Positions 1 to 10,705 of a stretch of DNA of 64,000 nucleotides are shown here, piece by piece. The stretch comes from Alphaproteobacteria bacterium (GTDB lineage Bacteria > Pseudomonadota > Alphaproteobacteria > GCA-2731375): NCBI GenBank assembly GCA_965216645.1, contig CBDCGJ010000026.1, forward strand, positions 91,540 through 155,539. The letters are read 5' to 3'. The notes under the pieces are model-generated. The model was not told the origin of the DNA. It ran no database searches and worked only from the letters and a program-made list of their open reading frames with translations. Position 1 is the first letter of the stretch. Each line of letters begins with the position of its first letter. Made by a program: the position numbers and the translations under genes.

Positions 1-452
1 CCTGCGCCATGAAGTGGAGCGGCGCCTTTATCTGGGCTTGCAAGAACTACGATGGCGACGTGCAATCGGATACCGTCGCGCAGGGTTTCGGCTCCTTGGG
101 GTTGATGACCTCCGTATTGATGACGCCCGACGGCAAGACCGTCGAATCCGAAGCCGCGCACGGCACCGTGACCCGACATTATCGCATGCACCAACAAGGG
201 CAGGAAACGTCGACCAATCCGATCGCGTCGATTTTCGCCTGGACCCGGGGTTTGAAATACCGAGCCAATATGGACGAGACCCCGGCCGTCTATGACTTTG
301 CCGAAGCATTGGAAACGGTCTGCGTCAAAACCGTCGAGAATGGGCATATGACCAAAGATCTCGCGCTCCTGATCGGTCCGGAACAGAAATGGCTCACCAC
401 CAATCAGTTCCTCGATAAGCTTGACGAAAACCTCCAGAAGGCGGTGGGCTAA
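1..452 (+). CDS. icd: NADP-dependent isocitrate dehydrogenase, C-terminal fragment (5' end outside window)
   Basis: Frame is open from the window edge to TAA at 450-452. The translation (...[34 protein letters not shown]...) matches the conserved C-terminal block of homodimeric IDH. Confidence 0.9.
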   Translation, partial: CAMKWSGAFIWACKNYDGDVQSDTVAQGFGSLGLMTSVLMTPDGKTVESEAAHGTVTRHYRMHQQGQETSTNPIASIFAWTRGLKYRANMDETPAVYDFAEALETVCVKTVENGHMTKDLALLIGPEQKWLTTNQFLDKLDENLQKAVG

Positions 453-1633
453 GTCAAGTTGACGCCACCATCCCGCGCCCTATTTCGCGCGACCAGATGA
501 AGTTCTTCGTTCAATTCCGGCTCCACTGTCATGAGATGGTCGAGCTGGAACTTTGACAACATCATCAATCTACAATCCGACTGCGCAGTGGCTGTGGCTG
601 GGCGTTCGATATTGTAGAGCATCGATATCACGCCAAAATAGTCTCCCGGCCCAAGTTCATAAGTGTTGTCCGGCATATGGACTTCGACGGTGCCATCGAT
701 AATCACATAAAATGCGTCGGGCAAGTCGCCGCGTTGCATTATTTGGAACCCCTTTGGGACACGGCGCGCCCGTAAGGATTTAGCAACCGACTCGATGGTT
801 GAGGGAGAAAGTTTGGCAAACAACGGCACCTCCGCCACCATGCCCCAGGTGATAATGAAATCGCGGCGATAAAACTCGTTGGTAAATCCCGAGGCGACAA
901 TCGCGATTGGCAGTCCGTACATACCGATACCAAGCAACGCGACGAGACCGCCAAAAACCTTACCCAAAGGCGTTACGGGAACGATATCGCCGTAACCGAC
1001 GGTGGACAATGTCGCCAAAGACCACCACATTGCCGCTGGAATACTGGCGAAGGCTTCGGGCTGAGCGTCTCTTTCGAGGTAATACATTACCCCGGCTGTG
1101 AGTGTCAGAAGGCATAGCATGATGACCAATGCCGCTATCAACGCGCGGCGTTCCGAATATAGGACATGCCAAAGCGTTACGATCGCCGGGGAGTATCTCA
1201 CCAATTTCAACAGGCGCAAAATCCGCAGCACACGGATGATCCGCATATCACCGCCGAACACATAGAAAACAAGCGACGGCAGGAACGCGAGTAGATCGAC
1301 CAGCATAAGCGGCGTACAGGCAAAGCGAAACCGAGCCTTGGCATTGCCGTGCTGGCGTAGCGGGAGATGCTCCGGCGCAACCCATAGACGCAAGCCATAT
1401 TCGACCACGAATACGGCGACGGACATCAGTTCGAAAACCCGAAGCTCGACCGACCAACGCGCGTAGAAGGACTGTATGCTCCCTAAGGCAACAGCGGCGA
1501 CATTAGCAATGATAAGCAAGGTGAGAGACACGTCGACCATACGAGGCCATAACTGCCGACGATGTCCGCCTTCCAAAAGTACATAGATCCTGCGTCGGAC
1601 CGTTGGCGAGGATGCCGTCCCTGCCTCCGGCAT
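449..1633 (-). CDS. Cyclic nucleotide-gated potassium channel (MloK1-like: 6TM K+ channel plus cNMP-binding domain)
   Basis: Has the TVGYGD selectivity filter, an S4-like [16 protein letters not shown] segment and a C-terminal cNMP-binding fold (...[10 protein letters not shown]...). I trimmed the start to ATG 1633 because the longer ORF would overlap alaS. No clear SD, so the start is uncertain. Confidence 0.8.
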   Translation of the reverse strand: MPEAGTASSPTVRRRIYVLLEGGHRRQLWPRMVDVSLTLLIIANVAAVALGSIQSFYARWSVELRVFELMSVAVFVVEYGLRLWVAPEHLPLRQHGNAKARFRFACTPLMLVDLLAFLPSLVFYVFGGDMRIIRVLRILRLLKLVRYSPAIVTLWHVLYSERRALIAALVIMLCLLTLTAGVMYYLERDAQPEAFASIPAAMWWSLATLSTVGYGDIVPVTPLGKVFGGLVALLGIGMYGLPIAIVASGFTNEFYRRDFIITWGMVAEVPLFAKLSPSTIESVAKSLRARRVPKGFQIMQRGDLPDAFYVIIDGTVEVHMPDNTYELGPGDYFGVISMLYNIERPATATAQSDCRLMMLSKFQLDHLMTVEPELNEELHLVARNRARDGGVNLT

Positions 1634-1637
1634 GGAG

Positions 1638-4301
1638 TTAAGCGGCGTCGGCCGCTTCTGCGAGCGCCGTTTCGATCGCCCCAATCGCACTGGCCGCGGC
1701 CGCGCCGTCGGGACCGCCCGCCTGCGCCAAATCGGGACGGCCGCCACCGCCTTTGCCGCCGACGGCGACGGCTCCGGACCGGACAAGTTTTACCGCGTCG
1801 ATACGATCGCACAGATCATCGGTCACACCCACAGTAAGAGCCACCTTACCGTCGTTCACGGCAACGATCGCGACAACGCCGCTGCCGAGTTTTTTCTTGG
1901 CCGCGTCAACCATGCTCCGCAATTCCTTACCCGGAACCCCGTCGAGACATTCGCCTATAAACGAAATACCGCTTATCTCTCGGGCGGATTGTCCGCCGCC
2001 GCCATCGCCGTCAAGCAAGCGTTGGCGGGTCTGCTGCAACTCCTTTTCGAGGCGCCGGCGCTCATCCAGCAACGCTTCGATACGGGTATTGATCTCCACA
2101 GGCGCGCTTTTTAGCGCGGCTGCAGCAGATTTGAGAAGGTTTTCCCTGTCGTTGATGTGGCGCAATGCCGATGCGCCGGTCAGAGCCTCGATACGTCGTA
2201 CACCGGCGGCGACCGCCGCTTCCGAGACAATTTTAAAGAGGCCGATATCCCCGGTTCTTCGGACATGGGTGCCTCCGCAGAGTTCCGTAGAATACACGAC
2301 ATCGCCATCTTGCGATCCCATGGCAACGACCCGCACTTCGTCGCCATACTTCTCGCCGAACAACGCCAATGCCCCGGCCTCGACAGCTTCCTCCGGTGTC
2401 ATCAGCCGGGTTTCGACCAGCTCATTACAGCGGATCTGCTCGTTGACATCCGCTTCGACCATCGACAATTCGCTCTCGCTTAATGCTTTTGGATGCGAAA
2501 TATCGAACCGCAACCGGTCCGGCGCCACCAGCGAACCTTTTTGAGTAACATGATCGCCAAGTTGCCGCCGCAACGCTTCATGCAATAGATGGGTGGCGGA
2601 ATGATTGGACCGTAAACGATGCCGCCGTTCCCCATCGACCTCGAGCATGATCTCATCGCCGACTTGGAGACGGCCGCTCGAAAGATTGCCGTGATGAACA
2701 TGCAAATCGCCGAGATGCTTGGTCGTGTCCGTCACGTCGAAACTCGCACCGTCGGCGTTTCGGAGACGGCCGGTATCGCCCATCTGGCCACCGGATTCGC
2801 CATAGAAAGGCGTTTGATTGACGATGACGGCTGCTTCCTCGCCGGTCTCGACCGCCTCTCGTGGTTTTCCCTCGACGACGATCGCCAGAACCTGGCCCTC
2901 CGCCCGTTCCAAGTCGTAACCCAAAAACTCCGTGGCGCCATGCCGCTCGCGAAGATCGAACCAAACCTGTTCCGTCGCTGCCTCGCCCGATCCGGACCAG
3001 GCTTTGCGCGCATCCTCCCGCTGGCGCGCCATGGCCGTATGGAAGCCGGCCTCGTCCAACGGCACCGCCTGGCTGCGTAAAACGTCCTGAGTCAAATCGA
3101 GCGGAAATCCATATGTGTCATAAAGACGGAACGCGACTTCGCCAGAAAGCGTTTGCCCGCTGCCGAGTTTTTCAAGCTCCTCTTCCAGGAGACGCAAGCC
3201 ACGATCCAAGGTTTTCTTGAACCGGCTTTCCTCCAGTTTGAGCGTTTCGGTAATCAGGGCCTCCGCCCGAGCAAGTTCCGGGAACGCATTCGACATCTGC
3301 TGGGACAACACAGGCACCAAACGCCACATCAGCGTGTCTTGATAGCCTAGCAGATGGGCGTGGCGCATGGCCCGCCGCATGATCCGGCGTAAGACGTAAC
3401 CGCGGCCTTCGTTTGAGGGCAGGACGCCGTCGGCAATCAGGAAGGACGACGCCCGGAGATGGTCGGCGATGACCTTATGTGTCGCGGCATGATCGCCATC
3501 GGGTTCCGTATTCGTCAGATGTGCCGACGCTTCGATGATCGCCCGCATTAAGTCAATGTCGTAATTGTTGTGTTTGCCCTGCAGAACAGCGGCAATCCGT
3601 TCCAATCCCATGCCGGTGTCGATGGACGGTTTGGGCAGGCTCAACCGCTCCTCCAGCGTTTGCTCATACTGCATGAACACCAGATTCCAGATTTCGACAA
3701 ACCGGTCGCCATCTTCATCTGGGCTTCCGGGCGGCCCGCCGGGGATATCCGCGCCGTGATCGTAAAAAATTTCGGAACATGGCCCGCAGGGACCGGTATC
3801 GCCCATCGACCAAAAATTGTCGGACGTCGGTATTCGAATGATACGCTCTTCCGGCAAGCCGGCAATCTTGCGCCACAGATCGAAGGCCTCGTCATCCTCG
3901 TGATACACGGTGACCAACAGCTTGTTGGAGGGCAGGCCGAACTCTTTCGTCACCAAGTTCCACGCCAATTCGATGGCCAAATCCTTGAAGTAATCGCCGA
4001 AGGAAAAATTGCCCAACATCTCGAAGAATGTGTGATGTCGCGCTGTGTAACCGACATTGTCGAGATCGTTGTGCTTGCCACCGGCCCGGACGCATTTTTG
4101 CGAGGTTACGGCCCGATTGTAGGATCGGGTTTCCACGCCCGTGAAGACATTTTTGAATTGCACCATACCGGCGTTGGTAAATAGCAAGGTCGGGTCGTTA
4201 TGCGGTACCAAAGGGCTGGATGCGACGATTTCGTGACCGTGGCCGGCAAAATAGTCGAGAAACGCGCGGCGAATTTCGTTGGTGCTCTGCATCGCTATCA
4301 T
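1638..4301 (-). CDS. alaS: Alanine--tRNA ligase
   Basis: 887-aa ORF. It has a class II AlaRS N-terminus ([40 protein letters not shown]), an editing domain (HSATHLLH) and a C-terminal DHHA1-like region. Confidence 0.97.
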   Translation of the reverse strand: MIAMQSTNEIRRAFLDYFAGHGHEIVASSPLVPHNDPTLLFTNAGMVQFKNVFTGVETRSYNRAVTSQKCVRAGGKHNDLDNVGYTARHHTFFEMLGNFSFGDYFKDLAIELAWNLVTKEFGLPSNKLLVTVYHEDDEAFDLWRKIAGLPEERIIRIPTSDNFWSMGDTGPCGPCSEIFYDHGADIPGGPPGSPDEDGDRFVEIWNLVFMQYEQTLEERLSLPKPSIDTGMGLERIAAVLQGKHNNYDIDLMRAIIEASAHLTNTEPDGDHAATHKVIADHLRASSFLIADGVLPSNEGRGYVLRRIMRRAMRHAHLLGYQDTLMWRLVPVLSQQMSNAFPELARAEALITETLKLEESRFKKTLDRGLRLLEEELEKLGSGQTLSGEVAFRLYDTYGFPLDLTQDVLRSQAVPLDEAGFHTAMARQREDARKAWSGSGEAATEQVWFDLRERHGATEFLGYDLERAEGQVLAIVVEGKPREAVETGEEAAVIVNQTPFYGESGGQMGDTGRLRNADGASFDVTDTTKHLGDLHVHHGNLSSGRLQVGDEIMLEVDGERRHRLRSNHSATHLLHEALRRQLGDHVTQKGSLVAPDRLRFDISHPKALSESELSMVEADVNEQIRCNELVETRLMTPEEAVEAGALALFGEKYGDEVRVVAMGSQDGDVVYSTELCGGTHVRRTGDIGLFKIVSEAAVAAGVRRIEALTGASALRHINDRENLLKSAAAALKSAPVEINTRIEALLDERRRLEKELQQTRQRLLDGDGGGGQSAREISGISFIGECLDGVPGKELRSMVDAAKKKLGSGVVAIVAVNDGKVALTVGVTDDLCDRIDAVKLVRSGAVAVGGKGGGGRPDLAQAGGPDGAAAASAIGAIETALAEAADAA

Positions 4302-4497
4302 CCGTATCCGGTGTCCGGAATTGGCGGGTTAACACCCAGCATATTCCGACCCGTTTGCGAGAAAGTGCCGGAAACTACCGTTTGCCGCCCGCCGTTGCAA
4401 GGGAGCGGCAAACAATTGATCTTGCCGGCACCCGCTCAGCGAACGCACCAACGCCGAAACGCGACTGGTTCGGATATTCTAGCGAAATTATAAGGCG

Positions 4498-5598
4498 TTA
4501 GGACTTGCCGCCAATGCTGGCGACGTCGGCATCATCGTCTTCATCTTCCACCGGGTCGCCCATGATCGCATCCGCTATCAATCCTGCATTGGCTCGGATC
4601 GCGGTATCGATTTCGCGGCAGATATCGGCATTGTCGCGTAGGAACTGCTTAGCATTCTCCCGCCCTTGTCCGATGCGTTGATCGCCGTAGGAAAACCAAG
4701 AGCCGGACTTGTCGACAACCCCGGCTTTCACGCCAAGATCAAGTATCTCGCCTGTCTTGGACACACCTTCGCCATACATGATGTCGAACTCGATTGTCTT
4801 GAAGGGCGGTGCGACTTTGTTCTTCACCACCTTCACCCGGGTCTGATTGCCAATGACCTCGTCACGGTCCTTGATGGCTCCGATACGGCGAATTTCCAAT
4901 CGAACCGACGAGTAGAACTTCAAGGCGTTTCCGCCGGTCGTCGTTTCCGGGTTACCGAACATAACGCCAATCTTCATGCGAATTTGGTTGATGAAGATGA
5001 CCATGCAGTTGGATTTCGAAATCGACCCGGTGAGCTTGCGAAGCGCCTGGCTCATCAAGCGGGCCTGCAGACCGACATGGTGGTCCCCCATCTCGCCTTC
5101 CAGCTCCGCTCTGGGCGTCAGCGCGGCGACGGAATCGATGACCAACACTTCGACGGCACCGGACCGAACGAGGGTATCGGCGATTTCCAGCGCCTGCTCA
5201 CCGGTATCCGGCTGCGAGATCAACAATTCATCCACATCGACGCCAAGCTTGCGCGCGTAAGCAGGGTCGAGCGCATGTTCGGCGTCAACAAAGGCGCATA
5301 TCCCGCCCGCCTTCTGTGCTTCCGACACCACATGGAGGGCCAAGGTCGTCTTGCCGGAACTTTCGGGTCCGTAAATCTCGATAACCCGGCCTTTCGGCAA
5401 GCCGCCGATGCCCAATGCGATATCGAGGCCGAGCGAGCCGGTCGAAATCGCCTCCACATCCACAACGGATTCGCTTTGCCCCAACTTCATGACGGAACCT
5501 TTGCCAAAGGCCCGTTCGATTTGCGTCAAGGCGGCGTCCAAAGCTTTTTGCTTATCCATTTTATCCTGTCCAACGAGGCGAAGTTTCGAGTCCGACAT
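4498..5598 (-). CDS. recA: Recombinase RecA
   Basis: Shows [26 protein letters not shown] and Walker [16 protein letters not shown] 5598 is preceded by AAGGAA 8 nt upstream. The longer TTG ORF start at 5637 lacks an SD. Confidence 0.97.
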   Translation of the reverse strand: MSDSKLRLVGQDKMDKQKALDAALTQIERAFGKGSVMKLGQSESVVDVEAISTGSLGLDIALGIGGLPKGRVIEIYGPESSGKTTLALHVVSEAQKAGGICAFVDAEHALDPAYARKLGVDVDELLISQPDTGEQALEIADTLVRSGAVEVLVIDSVAALTPRAELEGEMGDHHVGLQARLMSQALRKLTGSISKSNCMVIFINQIRMKIGVMFGNPETTTGGNALKFYSSVRLEIRRIGAIKDRDEVIGNQTRVKVVKNKVAPPFKTIEFDIMYGEGVSKTGEILDLGVKAGVVDKSGSWFSYGDQRIGQGRENAKQFLRDNADICREIDTAIRANAGLIADAIMGDPVEDEDDDADVASIGGKS

Positions 5599-5649
5599 CA
5601 ATCCGTTCCTTATCACATAGCCAAAATCGCGATGCAAACTACGCTAGTT

Positions 5650-5664
5650 GTACCTATTTTGTTC
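5650..5664. promoter_or_regulatory. Candidate LexA (SOS) operator of the alphaproteobacterial GTTC-N7-GTTC type, one mismatch
   Basis: The plus strand reads GTAC-CTATTTT-GTTC, about 55 nt upstream of the recA start. Confidence 0.35.
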
Positions 5665-5826
5665 TCATTTGCAAGATTTTTTTAAGCCTTTGAATTTATT
5701 GCCAAAACCCTACCATGTTTGAACTTTGTTCCAGATATAGCGAGTTGATATCGATACGCATTTAGCATGGAATCGCAATATCGGCAGAAGGTGCCATCGC
5801 GATCGGAAACATGTGGACGAAAGTCG

Positions 5827-7947
5827 TTATCGTTCCGGATCTGCCGGAAAATCTGACAACTGTTTTCTAAGGTCCGCCAGCGTGTTGACCGGCCAACGAC
5901 ATATGCGGTCGCGGCAGACATATACTGTCGGCAATTTGTCGAGCAGATGGCGCTCGCCCAGCAACAGCCAATGCTCACGTCCGCCCGAGGCAGGCCCCGG
6001 CGGTATCCAGGCGACGACGCTACCCGGCGGTTTGCGCGTCCGGATTTCATTTAGAAATGTCACAATGTTTGGGTGATCGCGGGGCCCGACGATTACGATC
6101 TCTCGCGCTCGCTCTGGGCGGAAAGCTAACGCGGCTAACATGCCGGTTGCCTGCGCAGCGTACGCCGTCAGCCGGGTGTCAATCGCGCGTAGCAACAAGT
6201 TACTGCGAGGCAGGAAACTCTTATCCGGGCCGTATAATTCCAAACGAAGCAAAGCTTCAACAATCGCCGCATTGCCGGAAGGAAGCGTTGTCTCTTTGAA
6301 CGGTGTTTGCACGGATACGGCCCGGGCCCTACCGACCGGCGTCATCTGCAGTAATCCCTCTGGCCGAGGATGAAACAACTCTAGCGCCTTGTTCGCCAGT
6401 CTTCGCGCACGATCCAACCATTGCGGATCAAAATCGCTCTCGTAAAGATCAAGCAGCGCAAGGACGGCGTAGGCGTAATCTTCCAAGAACACATCGTTTG
6501 ACGACTTATTCCGGTAACGACTCCGGCTCAAGTCAATGTCGGGCGTCGTCGCCAGCTTGAGGCCCTTAGCGATACCGCGTGCCAACTCCAAATAACGAGG
6601 TTCGCCGAACACTTGGGCCGCCCGCGCATAAGCGCTGATGGCCATCGCATTCCAAGCGGTAATAATCTTTTCATCGCGTTTCGGTGGCGCACGGTTTGTG
6701 CGAGCTTGTTTCAAAAGCTGGAACCTCTTGCTATGCCGGTCAAGGGCGGAGCCTAATTTGCCGACACCGCCACGCCAGCGCAGCACACTGCGTCCCTCCA
6801 CCAAGCCATGAATGGGGTCGACAAACTCTTCAACAAAGTTTTCGGCGGCAAGTCCCAGCACCGACTCTATCTCGTCGACTGTCCAAGTGTAATAGCCACC
6901 GTTTACGCCTTCGGCCTCGGCGTCGAGACTGCCGGCAAAAGTCCCGTCGCTTAAACGCAATGTGTCCGATAAATCATCCAGAATTGCACGGGCGATCCGT
7001 TCGAATAGGGTTCGTCTCACCGGCGAATCAGCCGCACGGTATGCATCGATGTAGAGCGTCGCAAGCAACGCATTCTCGCGCAACATGACTTCGAAATGCG
7101 GGATTTGCCAAGCTCGATCCACACAATAACGGTGGAACGCCCCGCCAAGATGGTCGCGAAGCCCGCCGGCGGCCATGGCCTCCAGCGTAAAAAACACCTG
7201 CCGCAGTTGCTCCTGATCGCCGCGTCGTCCAGCATCATTTAGGAGGAAATCGAGTACATTGACGTAGACGAATTTCGGCTGGCCACCGAAACCGCCATGG
7301 ATCGAATCGAATGCCGAAAGCCAAGATTTAGCCGCCAGCCGTTCCGTGTCGCCGCTGCTATCGCCAACGCGCCGATTCCGTGATTCCGACATGTCTTTGA
7401 GGAAAGCCTCGGCATTTGTTCGAATTCGGTTAGCGTCGTTGGCCCAATCCCGCGTAAACCGCTTCAACACCTCCGCCAATCCTTGTTGATTGGGCGCCGA
7501 TTTCGCGGACATATAGCCAGCGGCGAATATCGGCGTTAGGTTCGGCGCAAGAATGAAGTTTGCGGGCGAGCCGCTTCGACCTGTCATCGCCGCCATCGCC
7601 TCAAAGTAGTAACGAGCGATGTCAGGTCTTTCTTCCTGATCTACAAGGATTGCGACGAAGTTGTCGTTCAGGCTCGAAACGACGTCGGCGTCACGGAAAG
7701 TCGTACGCGCCATGACATGGCACCAGTGACAAGCCGCAAATCCGATCGAAAGAAAAATCGGCTTACCCTTTTCTCGTGCCTCGGCCAATGAACGGTCATC
7801 CCATTGACGCCACGCGATCGGATCATTTCGATGAGAGAGTAGGTATGGGCTGACGGCGTTATCAAGATCGCCTGCTAAGGCCTTCGAACCGACGCAATTC
7901 ACGCAGATAAAAATGAAGATCATGCATAGGAGACGAGACCTCATCAT
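5827..7947 (-). CDS. Secreted thioredoxin-fold DUF255 (YyaL/SPATA20-like) protein with a C-terminal alpha/alpha-toroid-like domain
   Basis: 706 aa. Has an N-terminal signal peptide (MMRSRLLCMIFIFICVNCVGSKALA) and the DUF255 hallmark GKPIFLSIGFAACHWCHVM. Its ATG overlaps the upstream stop (ATGA at 7944-7947). Confidence 0.85.
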   Translation of the reverse strand: MMRSRLLCMIFIFICVNCVGSKALAGDLDNAVSPYLLSHRNDPIAWRQWDDRSLAEAREKGKPIFLSIGFAACHWCHVMARTTFRDADVVSSLNDNFVAILVDQEERPDIARYYFEAMAAMTGRSGSPANFILAPNLTPIFAAGYMSAKSAPNQQGLAEVLKRFTRDWANDANRIRTNAEAFLKDMSESRNRRVGDSSGDTERLAAKSWLSAFDSIHGGFGGQPKFVYVNVLDFLLNDAGRRGDQEQLRQVFFTLEAMAAGGLRDHLGGAFHRYCVDRAWQIPHFEVMLRENALLATLYIDAYRAADSPVRRTLFERIARAILDDLSDTLRLSDGTFAGSLDAEAEGVNGGYYTWTVDEIESVLGLAAENFVEEFVDPIHGLVEGRSVLRWRGGVGKLGSALDRHSKRFQLLKQARTNRAPPKRDEKIITAWNAMAISAYARAAQVFGEPRYLELARGIAKGLKLATTPDIDLSRSRYRNKSSNDVFLEDYAYAVLALLDLYESDFDPQWLDRARRLANKALELFHPRPEGLLQMTPVGRARAVSVQTPFKETTLPSGNAAIVEALLRLELYGPDKSFLPRSNLLLRAIDTRLTAYAAQATGMLAALAFRPERAREIVIVGPRDHPNIVTFLNEIRTRKPPGSVVAWIPPGPASGGREHWLLLGERHLLDKLPTVYVCRDRICRWPVNTLADLRKQLSDFPADPER

Positions 7948-8549
7948 TCATCGGCAGATGCCGTCACTTCGTAAGACGCAATTCGAATAGATTTCGGATC
8001 GGTAACACAGGCCTGCCGGCAGAGCCCACAACCCACGCAATGTTTCCAGTCGACAAATGGCCGGATGCCCAAAAAACGGAAAGCGCCCTCGACGGGACAC
8101 ACATCTCGGCAAGCCCCGCATTCCGGCCCCAGAAAAGGTAAACAGCTGCTTTCATCAATCAAGGCCGTAGCCATGGGGCCCAGCGGGATGTCATCTTCGT
8201 CAGCCTCATCGGGGATTGATAAGGCTTTTGGCTCACATGCTTGAACGCAGGGCCAGTCTTCACACAGCAGACAGGCGTTCGACACAAGATCTAGCGCCGG
8301 CGTCCCGGCGGCGCGACGGCCATATCTTTCGTCTAACGGGATGATCACCCCTGTCGGGCAAACGCGTAAACAGTCGTGGCAACGCGTACACAAATCGAGG
8401 AAGCGCAATTCCGGCGCGGCAAATGGCGGACGAAACCAAAGTTTCGATATTTCCATCGACCTCTGATCCGAAGCTTCGGTCGCCGCCTTCAAACTCCGCT
8501 GGAAGAACTGCCGGCGGCTTAACTTTTGCGAATTTCGATCCTCTACCAT
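7944..8549 (-). CDS. NapF-like polyferredoxin (several 4Fe-4S motifs, SRRQFF pseudo-Tat N-terminus)
   Basis: Shows SRRQFFQ, RPPFA, and the cluster motifs CTRCHDCLRVCP, CLLCEDWPCVQAC, CGACRDVCP and CVGCGLCRQAC. ATG 8549 has a GAGGAGG SD that overlaps the upstream stop codon. The 8594 start would overlap the previous gene. Confidence 0.75.
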   Translation of the reverse strand: MVEDRNSQKLSRRQFFQRSLKAATEASDQRSMEISKLWFRPPFAAPELRFLDLCTRCHDCLRVCPTGVIIPLDERYGRRAAGTPALDLVSNACLLCEDWPCVQACEPKALSIPDEADEDDIPLGPMATALIDESSCLPFLGPECGACRDVCPVEGAFRFLGIRPFVDWKHCVGCGLCRQACVTDPKSIRIASYEVTASADE

Positions 8550-8557
8550 CAGCCTCC

Positions 8558-10090
8558 TCAAAACCGCATGGTCATGGGTTGCATCAGCAACCATAGGTGA
8601 AACGCGGTAACCGTGACGGCGAAAACGGCAATCGGCAGCGCCAACAGCCGAGCCTGACCTTCGTCAACTTTGGCAAGATCATGGGTCCGCCGCTGAACAA
8701 CCCTTAGCGCAATCCACAATCCGGCGACCAACAACAAGGCCTGGCAGGCATGCCAGAGTGACGGATCAAGCCAAAGGCCCATCATCCGTGCATGTTGTTC
8801 CTCCATGCTCAAAGGGACCGCATTTCGACCCAGCGGGTCGAGAAACACGGCCGATAGACCGTCGCCCTCGCGGAACAAATGGTTCAGGTTGTGCGCCAAA
8901 TGATAAGTGAAGGCGAGCGGCAGCGCGGTGAACGCGAAATGGCAAAACACGTCCCGAAACCTCGACGTCACACCGCTGCACTTGCGCGCTATCCATATGA
9001 AGCCAGCATAAATCGCCACAGGCACAACAACCGCCAGCAGGAGAGCGGCCGTGAACATCGGCAATAACACCGGGGCACCGCCAAATGCCCGAGCCGCGGC
9101 GACCTGCATGTCCTGCCAAATGGGCAGCATGGTCCAACCATGGAATTCGGTCAGGGCAAGCAATACCAGCATGAACCAAGCTTCATCCCAATGCGGTCGC
9201 GCGTCTTGAATGGCTTCAGCGGCCGGACTGCGGACCCGCCAGGCAATGTTATCCGCGGGGCAGGCCCGAGCGCAGTTTCCGCAGGAGGTGCAATAGGTAT
9301 TCTGCGTCAATCGTCCCATAACCAAGCGCGTGGGACAGGGATCGACATCTTCGGACCCGTGATAACATTCGAGACTTGTACAGGATGCGCAGATCGAACT
9401 GTCGATCGGACGTAAGGCTACCGGCGCCAGTTGGGCATACAACCCGACGGTCCGACCGACAGGACAAATGTAGTTACAAAATGCGTTGCGTTCGAACAGG
9501 GCCAAAAGGGTCGTCGCAAATACTAGCATCGCAAGTCCCATGACCGCCGTCGCAAAAGGATCGACGGTGACACCCACCCCCAGTTCCAGCCACGTCAAGC
9601 CGACGAACAAGATCAATGCCGGCCATACGCTACGTAAAGTCTTCGGGACTGGTAGACTGAGGCTGGCATCGGGATCGGCGCGGCGCCAAAGCCGACGTTT
9701 GACCAACCATTGAGCCATGCTGTTCCACGGACACACACCGCACCAAGCCGATCCCGTGAATAGGATAGCCAGGACAAGACCCGCCCACCACAAGTTCCAC
9801 GTCAGAACCGTCGCGGCGTTGCGTTCTGGAATAGGAGACCCCGACAATCCGGCAATTATGATGACAAAAAACAAAAATACGAAGATCAACTTCAGAACAA
9901 ATAAGTACCAAGGTTGCCGAAGTAATCGCCGCGCCGCGGTACCGACGAACGGCATCCGCGCGACGGACAAATATCCGCTGGCTACGACTGTCTGTCGCGG
10001 CTTCAGCGCAATCCAAACATAGGCGGCAATCATCACGACCCAGACAGCGGCGGCCCAGCCGATCGGTAAGCCTGGATGAGACATTGTCAT
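8558..10090 (-). CDS. Polytopic membrane polyferredoxin (NapH/CcoG(FixG)-like N-terminal half plus His-rich multi-TM C-terminal half)
   Basis: 510 aa. Shows CGVCPW and CNYICPVGR membrane-proximal Cys motifs, then CASCTSLEC..CP and CTSCGNCARACP. Several hydrophobic helices lie on both sides. Confidence 0.75.
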   Translation of the reverse strand: MTMSHPGLPIGWAAAVWVVMIAAYVWIALKPRQTVVASGYLSVARMPFVGTAARRLLRQPWYLFVLKLIFVFLFFVIIIAGLSGSPIPERNAATVLTWNLWWAGLVLAILFTGSAWCGVCPWNSMAQWLVKRRLWRRADPDASLSLPVPKTLRSVWPALILFVGLTWLELGVGVTVDPFATAVMGLAMLVFATTLLALFERNAFCNYICPVGRTVGLYAQLAPVALRPIDSSICASCTSLECYHGSEDVDPCPTRLVMGRLTQNTYCTSCGNCARACPADNIAWRVRSPAAEAIQDARPHWDEAWFMLVLLALTEFHGWTMLPIWQDMQVAAARAFGGAPVLLPMFTAALLLAVVVPVAIYAGFIWIARKCSGVTSRFRDVFCHFAFTALPLAFTYHLAHNLNHLFREGDGLSAVFLDPLGRNAVPLSMEEQHARMMGLWLDPSLWHACQALLLVAGLWIALRVVQRRTHDLAKVDEGQARLLALPIAVFAVTVTAFHLWLLMQPMTMRF

Positions 10091-10105
10091 CGCCCCGATC
10101 TCACG

Positions 10106-10705
10106 CTACATCTCGTCGCGGCGGCGATGGCTTGACCGGATCTTTTCGGTCACCGCCCGGCGCCGTTGTATGAGCGTGACACCAACGAGGACAATGGCCA
10201 GTGCCGCCACCGCCAATCCGATCGGTCCCCAGGGAGATGGGGCGCCGATACGGAGCGGGAAATCTATTATGTAGGGTTCGCCATCGGCCTCGAAGCTGGC
10301 CGCGATGATGAAGTCCCCGCCCCTCGAAAACTGGAAGTTCTGTCGATAGACCGCATCGTCCAATAGTTGGCGGCCGATTTCCTCTGTCTCTTCGTCGAAG
10401 CCAAACACGCCCAACCAAGTATCGTCGCGGACAGAGAACAACACCGCTCCATCGTAGGCTTGGCCGGATTGCAAATGCCTGACATACAGATTTATCCGCC
10501 CAGGCTCGCCTGGCTTGGGAAAGGCCGGGAAGATCATGTAATTGACTTCGTAGTCACCGATCACCGTTTCCACCTGCATGGCCGGCGGCGTATTCGAATC
10601 TTCGTTCAACGCATAAGATGGACGGCCCAGCACATGATGCGCTTCTAGCCGAGCTGGCAATAGAACCGCTGTTGCGACAATGAAAAGTAAGAGCGTCCGT
10701 GTCAT
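10106..10705 (-). CDS. Secreted, C-terminally membrane-anchored protein with a FixH/YtkA-like beta domain; predicted mature N-terminus His-His
   Basis: Signal peptide MTRTLLLFIVATAVLLPARLEA followed by HHVLGRPSY. A C-terminal TM helix (GPIGLAVAALAIVLVGVTLI) is followed by RRR. ATG 10705 overlaps the upstream stop (ATGA). The longer ORF to 10903 overlaps the NapG-like gene. Confidence 0.6.
   Translation of the reverse strand: MTRTLLLFIVATAVLLPARLEAHHVLGRPSYALNEDSNTPPAMQVETVIGDYEVNYMIFPAFPKPGEPGRINLYVRHLQSGQAYDGAVLFSVRDDTWLGVFGFDEETEEIGRQLLDDAVYRQNFQFSRGGDFIIAASFEADGEPYIIDFPLRIGAPSPWGPIGLAVAALAIVLVGVTLIQRRRAVTEKIRSSHRRRDEM

Noticed and set aside
449-452. The icd and K+ channel genes converge with overlapping stop codons (CTAA).
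   Set aside because: This is a trivial 4-nt convergent overlap. Nothing suggests a regulatory role.
4666-5685. Long antisense ORFs opposite strongly recognisable genes. Examples are 4666-5685 opposite recA, 39040-39804 opposite flgI, 42056-43072 opposite flagellin, 56833-57831 opposite the BMP binding protein, 60492-61793 opposite glcB, and 16174-16875 opposite the NapC-like gene.
   Set aside because: None has a recognisable family signature. All have biased Arg/Gly/Asp/His composition. Each mirrors a confidently assigned gene on the other strand.
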